This document shows, piece by piece, positions 1 to 9,651 of a DNA stretch of 64,000 bases. The translations under genes and the position numbers were made by a program. The notes under the pieces are model-generated. The model was not told the origin of the DNA. It worked only from the letters and a program-made list of their open reading frames with translations, and did not search any database. The DNA is from Orbicella franksi (taxonomy: Eukaryota), in contig OZ116706.1 in NCBI GenBank assembly GCA_964199315.1, positions 31,124,001 to 31,188,000 on the forward strand, written 5' to 3'. How positions within the stretch are numbered: the stretch's first letter is position 1; each line of letters begins with the position of its first letter.

Positions 1-480
1 ATCCAGCAACTCTTTGTCTTCACCTCCCTCCGCCATGCGATCGTCTAATACGAGGAATCTACCCTTCGGAAACCACGACTTGAGATGGTCTGACTCCGGA
101 ATCCCTTCGTGAAATTGCACACCAGCGTCTTTCATGTCTCGGAATCCATTTTGCCACACCCCGTAGCAATAATGAGTCGTGGGAGGAGGTTTCACAAACA
201 ATTCTTCCAAGTGATCCAAGAGTGACGATTCGGTAAAACAAGTCTTGCCACAACCAGAAGGGCCCACGACCAAAATACTGGAGGGGATCTTGAACCGAAA
301 TGCTTCTCCAAATTCTATTCCATTTGAGAACCCATTCTGCTTTTCGCCAGGAAATGGGATCTTTGGGACATTTTCTCGTGGTTTTTCTGATCCACTGCTT
401 TGACAACTATGTTTCTCGTGACGAATTCTACTGTCTGCACGAGAGAATAGTCTATGAAAATATCGACAATAAAGGGACAT
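1..480 (-). CDS. Polinton/Maverick packaging ATPase (FtsK/A32-like), 3'-truncated by window edge
   Basis: Stop-free frame 480->1, absent from the ORF track because it has no stop in the window: ...EFGEAFRFKIPSSILVVGPSGCGKTCFTESSLLDHLEELFVKPPPTTHYCYGVWQNGFRDMKDAGVQFHEGIPESDHLKSWFPKGRFLVLDDRMAEGGEDKELLD. Walker A GPSGCGKT at 241-264, Walker B FLVLDD at 40-57. The true start may be near 320 rather than 480. Confidence 0.8.
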   Translation of the reverse strand, partial: MSLYCRYFHRLFSRADSRIRHEKHSCQSSGSEKPRENVPKIPFPGEKQNGFSNGIEFGEAFRFKIPSSILVVGPSGCGKTCFTESSLLDHLEELFVKPPPTTHYCYGVWQNGFRDMKDAGVQFHEGIPESDHLKSWFPKGRFLVLDDRMAEGGEDKELLD

Positions 481-1274
481 GAGTCCTTGCTAGTTTGACT
501 CAAAATAAAATGAATGGAGGCAGTTTAAGCCTTATTTTTATACATGGTTGACGATAGACGTGGTGAGTGTGGTGGAGGTGGTGGTGGTGGTGGTAGTGGT
601 AGTGGTGGTAGTGAATATGGTGGTAGTGGTGGTGGTGGTGGTGTTGGTGAATGTGAAGGTGGTGGTGGAGGTGTGAGGAATTTACTGCTTCAAGGGCGAG
701 ATGTTGAAGCCACCGCAGTGTGCCATCGTTTTAGTTCCACCTCACAAAGGATTCACGCTGCCTGCCATGATGGTGATAGTGCAAAAATGGAATCTTTACA
801 AGCACACCAAGTCCAGGGAACACTGTAACAACTATAAACTCTTGAAAGATGTTCTGATCAACCTAAGACGCCGGGGCCTGGGTGAGCCGGAAAAATTAAG
901 ATGCCGTCCATTTCTGAAAAACGCTTTGACTCACATCACCGATCTTCAGACTCATATAAAAGCCAGACAGGAACCCTGGAACATTTTCGAGCTGATGTAA
1001 CTCCAGGACTTATTGCTGGACAATCAACTATCGATTGTCGAAGTAAAACCGGCCGATCATTCGTGTCATTTTCTCTTTGTGGAACCACCGGCCCTCGACA
1101 GCCTTTTCAGGAAGGGCCCCATTTTCACGGGTTAAAAAATCCGTTGATCTTTTTTGAAAAATTGTCTTTTCCACTGCTGTTGTTAGATGACCTTTATTAA
1201 AAAAGGCCTTTTCCAGTGTTGTTAAGAAAAATAAATTCAGGTTTGAACGTCGTGAGAGTCTCAGCTTTTGATTA

Positions 1275-1625
1275 CCCACTTAGGGTTCTTAGGATTTAGT
1301 TGGGTTTAAGCCCTTAGGTTTCAGTTGGGTTTAGTTGGGTTTAAGCACTTAGGGTTCACTTAGAGTTACCCACTTAAGGTTCACCACTTGGTTTAAGCAC
1401 TTAGGGTGCACGCGCGCCAGCGCACGGGGTCATCTCGTGGTGAGCAAACTGAGATTTATTAGAAAACCGCGGACGCCAGCCTCGGGTTTAGTTGGGTTTA
1501 AGCAGTTAGAGTTACTCACTTAGGGTGAACCACTTAGGGTTTAGCCACGCTAGCCTTGGGTTTAGATGGGTTTAAGCACTTAGGGTTATAACCACTTGGG
1601 GTTTAGGCACTTAGGGTTATAAAAC
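1275..1625 (+). repeat. Degenerate telomere-like (CACTTAGGGTT / TTGGGTTTAAG) repeat tract in Polinton subterminal region
   Basis: Repeated cacttagggtt, cacttagagtt, cacttaaggtt and gttgggtttaag units. Confidence 0.8.
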
Positions 1626-2947
1626 CACTGGTAGAGCGCGCGAGCTGGATCTGGGACCCGCGCTCTAGAACTTTCCCACGGACCGCGTCAGCCTGTTTAG
1701 CCACTTGGGGTTGTAAAACCACTGGGAGAGCGCACGAGCTGCACCTGGGACCCCACTCTGGAACTTTCTTCAGGGGCCACGTCAGCCTGGGCTGACCTGG
1801 ACACGTTCCACACACAACCCCCCACGGATCACGTCAGCGTTTTAGCACTTTCTTCACCCCCAACAGGCCACGTCAGGTTGGACCGGCCTGGACACGTTCC
1901 ACCCAACCTCCCCACGTTCTAGCACTTTCCACCCAACCCCCCCAATAGAGGGTCCGTGCCCATACTCCCCCAGGGTTGACGTCAGCGCCATCAATCGGAA
2001 TTGACGTCACAGATTGCACCACATCGCCTCCCAAAATCGGAAGTGTCGTCACAGCAAGTGGTGCGGTGGGTGATGACGTCATTTTTTCGAACTTTTTTTG
2101 GCGGCCATGTTGAAAAGTGGGTGCGGGCGGGCTAATCTGGTACCCCATATACTACTGTTCCCGACACAGTCCGAGTTAGGAAAAATGTGTTTTCAGTCTT
2201 CCTTGGTTCATGAATTTCGTTTTGTCGCAGGTGATTGCGAAAGATGGTAGTCGTTTTGTTATTGTTCTGTCTGAAGGGAAAAATATAATCAGCCTTTGTC
2301 ATCGGTATGTACTGAAAAGGTAGAGCTGGAATTGTACTTTTTAGGATGGCTTATGACGAGTGTGTCATAATAAAACGTTAAAAGCTTGGTAAAAAGTGAA
2401 TATTTTGTCGCCAAGCAGAATTAGGGGTGGAAATTAAGCGATATCGGCTACTAGCGAGACAGCGCGATAATAGTAACGATAACAGCAAGGGAAATTGTCC
2501 TATCCACAAGAGAAATACCAGACAAACTAGTCCGCAACTGGCGAGTGATTCGTGATTTCACAGGTCAATTTCAAAGGCACATGGGTGACTAATGTCAAAG
2601 AGATCTAAAAGGAAATTTGAGACAGTTTGCTCTTCACTCGTTCTATCCATTATTTTTAAAATACAGATACCTATATATTCGTCCTTGCGTTTGCCGACTG
2701 TTAGTTCAAATTGCGGCGATATACCATTCCTGTCAATGTTTTGGGGCAATTTTCGTGTTACCATATTTCCACCTTCCCCAACCCTACTCTACACCCTCCC
2801 CTTTCCCCATAGATGACGAAAATACCTACACAGCCCTCCCTAAGTATTAATTTTTGATAAAAACTGGTCTAGAAAATGGTCCAAAAAATGGTCCAAAAAG
2901 ATAGTCCAACAGTCCAGTCCATATCTTACTCTGTGCCTATCCAATTC

Positions 2948-3086
2948 AAGACTAGAGTACAAAAATCATATCCTATATAAGACCAACATGGCTAAAATCG
3001 ATACCTTATTTATGACCAAAACGGCTGAAAAACCATACCTTTTGGGGCTGCACGTACCTATATAGCCCATATAAGGGAGTACCCCC
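2948..3086 (-). mobile_element. Fragment of a short non-autonomous DNA element (MITE-like)
   Basis: Ends in ...atatagcccatataagggagtacccc and resembles an abundant interspersed repeat I recall from coral genomes. The partner TIR was not found. Confidence 0.35.
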
Positions 3087-3791
3087 GACCGATCTCCATC
3101 GTTCTCTCAAGTCAAGGCTTTGCTGTTCCTCCTCAGCCTCGCACTTTTAGCCTAGCCTACCCATGAGGGGTGTTACTGAAACCGTGGGTGTTTTGTCCTA
3201 CATGTAAAAGCAGGGGGGAGGGGACGGGTAGGGAGAGCAGAGATGTAGGGAGATGGTAGTGGGAGAGGGGAGAAACGCCTTCTTCCTTTTTCTTCCTCGC
3301 GTTTCCCCCCCGCCACCCTCCTCTTCAACGTCTACACCGTGTAGATTAGATTTGTATTGTAAGAGTTTTAAACTCATTCATTTAATGTTTTATTTGTCAA
3401 TTGTGAATAGCTTTAATGAATAATTTTGTAAAGCGCATGTGAACGTGTCCACTTGTTAGTATGTGTTATAAAAGTACCATCATCATCATTATTTATTTAT
3501 TAAAATAGATTCTACACTTTCATAATCCTTGTTAAAAGAATCAAGAATATACAACTTCTAAAATCCACTTTTTCTTCTTTCATTTCAGAAGTCTGCATTT
3601 GGTTAAAGTCGACTGCCTCGTAAGAGGGAACAGATTTCCACACCTCCTTAATTCTAGCTTGATACAAGATGTTTTCAAAATGGAGATTGCGTTCTGTTTG
3701 TTGTATGTGCCAGCCATTTGAGTGTGTCCGTGTGACGTAACACCACTCTAATAAACCTTCAAGAGCGTGGTCTTTTATGTGGTTCACACTG

Positions 3792-6700
3792 TCACGGCAG
3801 AGCCATCATGTCAAGCAATGAATTAAGTTTGGCATTAAGCCATGTGACTTGTTTTGGTAGTAATCCATCAATCCAGTCCCGAGGTAGTTCAGAGTATCCA
3901 ACTTTACACCCCAACATGGCGCCCGCTACTGTCCCATTACAGGTGGCATGGCCTCCCTGCATCACAAGCTCGGTTATTGTTGTCCTGTAGACAAAAGAAA
4001 ACCCTTCTTGTAATATTACCGCAGATTACCCAAGCCCTCTTTAAATGAGGTACTTCATGGTTCGCGCATCTTGAAAAGTTTAGCCTAAATTGTTCAATTT
4101 CGTCGTTTGAAATCTGTGTCAATCTTTTCCAATCCTAACTTATGGTTTATTATTATCTCCTTGGTGCTTTTCCATCTTAGCAAACTACTATTTTCAGGTT
4201 TCCTTCAATTCAAAGATAGTTCAGCACGCGGCCAAACCAACTCAAAATACCGTGACTGAGCTCCTTTAAGTGTAGTCGTAAGACTAAAAGAATGCGAAAT
4301 AAAATCGCTTTTTCATTTGTCTGTTCAATTAGTTCAAGAAATATGAAAACAGTATGCTAATTGAGAGTCGCTCATGTATCATTACTAACGGTAACTCATA
4401 TTTTGCTAGCCTCCATTTTACACAGTAAATCAAAATGAAAAGAATGATACTCGTGTGGAATGTATCTTCGTACTTGTAATCTTTCATAGATCTGAGTGCG
4501 ACCAAACCAGCTCCTAATGGTTTCAAAGTGTAATCTGTCAGCCTTGGTTCACAGAATTCCACACTAAAATGGAATAAACATTTCATCAAAATCAACTTGA
4601 CATACGATCTTTTCTTACAAGATAACAGCATATCCCCAAATTCAGTCCGTGTACAACCCAGGTTTAGCTTGGGAACAAATTCTCAGTGGGAATTCGGCGA
4701 GAGGGCAAAGCGCGTTCTCTTAATGCACTCAATGTAGATACCAGCCCCTCTCAAACCTCTTGTTAATGTGGTGCTAGCGAGAACACAAACCACGGTAAAA
4801 TGCATAACTGAAGCAATTTTCAAGCCACCAACTTTACCACAAAGAACTCCTTTCACTACATATTTGTGTACTCAGCATTTCTGTAGGTACCATGCCCATG
4901 CTATGTACTTCGACAGCTGAGGTCAGTGAATTGCTTTAAAACATCTACCAACACACAGAACTATCACATACATGTAGTATATCAACCACCACCAGTTGAT
5001 GGTTGGCTGGCAAGTTGGCTTGTATTACAGAACTTAAGTCACAAATCCACCAATCCAGCATCTAGTACACAATCTTGAGCCCCCAAGCTATTCCATAGAA
5101 AATAAAACAGAAGTTGTGAAGAGGAAACTTACTCTTCCCACGTCTGGCAATTAAAATAGTGGTAAAAATCCTTTTGATGAAAAGATTCCATTAAATGAAG
5201 CTTTCCCTGTTCTTTAGCTTTCTCTAGCATTTCTTCCAGAGAAGACTTGCTTGTCAAGTCATGCTGTCCCTGTAAAAGAAAACAAAACAGCTTTTAAAAA
5301 AAATTGGAAGTTCTACATAGTGTTTAGAGCAATGCTGGGTAATGATAAACACTGAGAGCCTAATCACAAGCTTGGAGCATTCTACATTACTTGTCATTCA
5401 ATAAAATAGTGGGTACAACCCACCTGGGACTCTACAGATACTACAGCAAAGGTTACACTGAAATTAAATACCTGCAACATCAATGCGATGATAATGCATA
5501 CAGCAACACAGCTTGCAATGCATCTAGCAGTTCAAAGCAAAACCACTTATTAATTAAACATAAAATCTTGTAATCTTGTAGAAAGCCTAATCAGTAATGG
5601 TCAGTACCTACAGATCAGGATTTAATGCTACTTGGGTCCTTGTGTTGGCTCAAAATTGGCTGAATTGTTACAAGGTGAGAGAATCTGTCAGGCAGCAGTT
5701 TTTTCAACATATACAGCTGGGTAATCTTGGATTTCATTGTCAACAGTAGTTCTGACTGCCTAAAGCATTTTCTAGTCTGTCTAGTGTGATTGTATGGGTG
5801 AGGGTAGTTTTGGTTCAAGCCATTTACTGTAAAACTTTTCTTTAAGCAATCCTTGAACCCTACTCACCTGGGATCACAGTGAGTAGCCTTGCATATCCTT
5901 ACAGCATTTGTTGCTACTTCATTTAAGTCATGGAAATGAGCAATACCAAGAGCTGCTACTCTCATTACTGCTCCATTAGATGAGGATTCTAACTTGTTTG
6001 CCACTGATCTGGCTGCACCATGAGGATCACTCAGAAACTCTGGATCACACACAACCTACGGCAGGATTATTACAGAAAATACTGCAGTACATCAAATATT
6101 TTAGAAGAATGGTAGAACATGTTACCAAAAGAAGGAGCATGATGTCAGAAAGGCCAAGGCTTACTCCAGCTGATGGATGAACAAAAAGCGGCTCCATGGC
6201 TGAAGAGGCCAGAAAGAAAAAAGAAGGAGGGGGGCAATGAACTTGGATTTCTCAACGAGCTGTTGGGGAGATTGGTTGCATAATAACTCGGTAGAACATT
6301 ACCTTGGCAAGAACACCCCTCACCCCTCGCCCCACGGTATCACCCAGTTCAGGAAAGCCATGTTTGCACCAGGAAAGGAGGCTCTTAGCAAACTCCAGTT
6401 CATCAACAACACCAGCCCAGTGAATGATGTTTTCAAGGATTAACACCTAAAACCAAAGCAAAACAGAGTTAAATTTCAGGAAAACCTTGATAATTTTGCA
6501 CTGTACATTTTGTACCACTATGTATTTGTACAAGTTTGTTAACCAGGTTGCCATAGGTGAGCCCAACTTCTATAACAATCACAACCTGTGCCACTACTGT
6601 ACTTCTCCCCAGACTCACGATTGCCCTATCAAGCAAACCAGCACCAATCCCAGAAAAATGCACGCCAGGCAGAGACTGGTTTTAGTTTGGTTGAGTAGAA

Positions 6701-9334
6701 TGATGCAGTTGGCATGCAATGGTAAACCAAAATGTTATATTCTAGTATTATAACAGCAATATCTAAGCAATAGTTCTGCAGCTACTTATGGCAATTTATT
6801 CCCTACTCTGTGGATTCAGGGTATACTAATGAAGAAACAACATGCATTCATGACCACTCTGTGAACCTGTAGGTCAGGTTCACACAGCCTTCTGATGAGT
6901 TTTCTCACATTCCCACTTTTAAGTATACAAGTCTATGTAAATATTTGCACATCTTATTAATCTTGTTAAATTAACTTACTGTTTGGTCAAATGAGTCTGT
7001 CCAATCTCCTTTCTGCCACTTACTTCTGTGCCTGTCTTTAACCATGTGCTCCCAGGATAACATATCCTTATCATAATGAAAACGGCACTCATCAGGCATC
7101 ATAAACTCTGTACAGAGTCCAATAGCATCACCGATCGCTGCACCATATAGACAACCAACTATCTTGTCCACCAGCTCATCCGGAGGAAGGTAATGTGCAT
7201 TTGGTGGTGGCCTAAGAGGTGTTTTAATGCGACTGGTAGCATTTGTATTTGTCTGTGTTTGAACATACTGTGCCCTAGCAGTGTGAGGGTTTGTGGGAGC
7301 AAGCACCAAAACATCACCCCTTACACGAGGAAACTCATTTCGTCTTATGACAAGCTTTTCATCAGGTTCTTTAGGATTTTGATTCCGCAAATAAGCCAAG
7401 ACTGTTTCTGAGCCCTGATTGCAAATCTGCTGTGGCGGACATTTGCATTTGTTAAAGATTGCTAAGATTAGTTTCAGGGAGCTTGACTTTCCTAAAGTCA
7501 AAGGAAGTGACTCCAGTTCGTTATAACTGACGTTCAAGCTTTGAAGTGACTCCATATTTCCCATAGTCTGTGGCAAACATTTCAATTGATTGTGTGACAG
7601 ATCAACTTTCTGAAGTCTTGCAAGCAAACAAAATGTTTCTGGAAGTTCTTGTAATCTGTTGTTGTTTAACAGCAATGTCTTCAAGTGGAACAAGTAACTA
7701 AAAGAATCTGGTAAATACACCAGGCGATTGTGGCTCAGATCAACAAATGACAGATGAGGAAGGTAGATGGAAAATTCAGAAGGGATGTAGGTGAAGCAGT
7801 TGAATGATGCATCAAACTTTTCGTAGAATGAGATGTTGGTCAGCAACTCCACTGGATAATCAACCAGTGCATCTGGACTGTCTTGTTTCAGATGCTAAAA
7901 GTATCATGAAAAAACAGTTACCTCTCTAGTGATTAATTATTTTGAAATTGAACTTGTGATTCCCATGTCCTCAATATTCACGACAAAGACCACTATTTTA
8001 TCTGTCAGAATAAATTTTAGGGTGCACTCAGAGAAATAATAAAAAAATGCTCTGGCTTATTTCCGTTTTTATGCTTGATTTCTGCCGGCCTCTTAAGTCT
8101 GATTGGACTATGTGTAATAATGGCATCCACGGCTGAGTGTCGATTGATACCCTCCATGGACCCGCAATCGACCCTCCATCAATATCTTACCACTCGATTG
8201 ACATCCCGAGCGATACTCGGCCAACACTCAATCGACAATCAATTAACATCTCAACTGACACTTGATCGACACTCAATAACCAGCTGGTCAATAGTCTGAC
8301 GCATGTCGACTGATTCATATACATCAATCAAAAATTAGTCCACTGTTGACTGATTGGGAAGTGAGATTTCAATTGAGTTTTGACCAATTACTGATAGAGA
8401 TGTCGATCAAGGGTCGAGCGAGTGTATCGGTTGACACTTGACCATGGATGCCTTTAGTACACATGATCCCTCCGGGCTATTAGTGCTGGCTTATTTCCTG
8501 AACAGCGGCTCGTAATCAAGTCTCCTGTAGGGGTTTCATTCAAATTTTCCAAGGAGCATCCCTGAACTTTTCATATGGGAGTGCCCCCCCCCCCCCCGCC
8601 CCCAACCCGGGAGTTACACTAAGCATGATTCCAGAAATTTGTAAAAGGAAAACAATAATTATTATGCTTTACTTCTTAATTTTGAAACCCAATAATTATT
8701 ATGAAAGTTCACAGTTCAAATATATGATCTTTCATCTATTCACTTGACGTATTCTTCACCATCTATGGATATATTACGAACTCACAAAGTGACCAGCTCC
8801 CAGTTGGCTTGATAGCTCAGTTAGTAGTGTTGATATCGCAGAGGTCATGGGTTCGAAATACCATTCAGGCCGGAATTTTTTTCACCCTTTGATGTGCATA
8901 AACTGCGATGGTCAATCGTGTCGTCATATCTTTCTCCGCAATTTAAATATATGATCTTTCATTTATTCCGTTGTTCGAAACTCATCTTATTGTCACAGTT
9001 GCGTGATCGGGTAGTTCTGAAGTTTGCATTAGCATTTCGCCACTGCCACACGTACATATGAACGAAAATAATATAACTAATGTCTGTTTCCAATTGCGTA
9101 AAGATGGACATGTAAAAAAATAAATAAGCACGCCATAAAAGTACACAATTTGACAATAAACAACTGCTGACGTCAACTAAAAAGTAATTATTAAGAAACA
9201 CTGTAGATAAGTGTTGATCCTCTAACCTGTTGATACTCCTCATATCCCAGTGATCGACTGATGTTCAGCTCACGAGAACTCAATCCCTGGAGTTGACCCA
9301 CGTTAATTTTGGCGCTAGATTCCAAGTTTCCCAT
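3792..9334 (-). CDS. LRR + ADP-ribosylglycohydrolase (ARH/DraG/crystallin-J1 family) fusion protein, 608 aa, predicted N-myristoylated
   Basis: complement(join(3792..3984,4474..4563,5133..5269,5472..5523,5868..6055,6303..6446,6980..7894,9227..9334)); all introns GT-AG, phases consistent, 1827 nt. Starts MGNLESS. LRRs (LSFVDLSHNRLVYLPDSF...; LQKVDLSHNQLKCLP...) end in a PPQQICNQGSETVLAYL cap. ARH motifs: LYGAAIGDAIGLCTEF, GDWTDSFDQ, HGFPELGD, SNGAVMR, THCDPRCIASC, YTLKPLGAG, GGHATCNGTVAGAMLGCKVGYSELP. Confidence 0.9.
8105..8469. mobile_element. MITE with imperfect TIRs and internal TCGA-rich repeats, in LRR-ARH intron 1
   Basis: The left end (ggactatgtgtaataatggcatccacggctgagtgtc) is the inverted counterpart of the right end (gacacttgaccatggatgcctttagtacacatgatcc). 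Confidence 0.65.
8712..8968 (+). mobile_element. tRNA-derived SINE-like repeat unit
   Basis: A-box-like tggcttgatagctcagttag and B-box-like gggttcgaaatacc. The flanking motif aaatatatgatctttcat is repeated ~228 bp apart. No intact cloverleaf. Confidence 0.6.
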
Positions 9335-9651
9335 TTCATTATGATCCACTACTTGGGATGAATTTCGTGGTAGATTACTACGTATTCAATAGACAGCAAA
9401 CTCACGAAACATTTAGTTTTCCTCCCCTACCGACCCTTATAAAGCTCACTGTTCATGTTTTATTAATTATCGCTGTCCCGAAGTGAGAAAGTGAGCCATG
9501 GTTGGGAAGTACCGCTGAAACGTATGAAGCTCTCATTCTAACAAAGTTTTTGATTGGATATAAATTTGTAGAGCGCAAGGGTCCTCGGCAAGAACCAATC
9601 AATATCTGCCTTATATGAGGTACCTTTGATCGGTGATTCATCAACAAAAAC
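9335..9651. promoter_or_regulatory. Bidirectional promoter between LRR-ARH (-) and TRABD (+)
   Basis: The two ATGs diverge 317 bp apart, with oppositely oriented CCAAT boxes (ATTGG 9553-9557, CCAAT 9595-9599). Confidence 0.6.

Larger units (their letters stand above)
1..2156 (-). mobile_element. Maverick/Polinton (adintovirus-like) endogenous dsDNA virus-transposon, terminal ~2.2 kb (continues left of window)
   Basis: The sequence ends in ...CCCCATATACTACT at 2156 (AGTAGT on the minus strand, the typical Polinton terminus). It has a GC-rich, repeat-rich subterminal region and an internal packaging-type ATPase ORF. Composition changes after 2156. The predicted 6-bp TSD would be GTTCCC (2157-2162); the other end is not in the window. 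Confidence 0.85.

Noticed and set aside
544-828. Gly-rich plus-strand ORF
   Set aside because: It is the antisense shadow of a low-complexity CCA/Pro tract; neighbouring Polinton coding is on the minus strand.
1275-1625. True or interstitial chromosomal telomere
   Set aside because: The repeats are degenerate, interspersed with other motifs and lie inside the Polinton end.
6971-7852. Stand-alone 293-aa LRR gene as given in the ORF track
   Set aside because: It is an internal exon (6980-7894) bounded by AG and GT, with a GTG pseudo-start; the frame continues into flanking exons.
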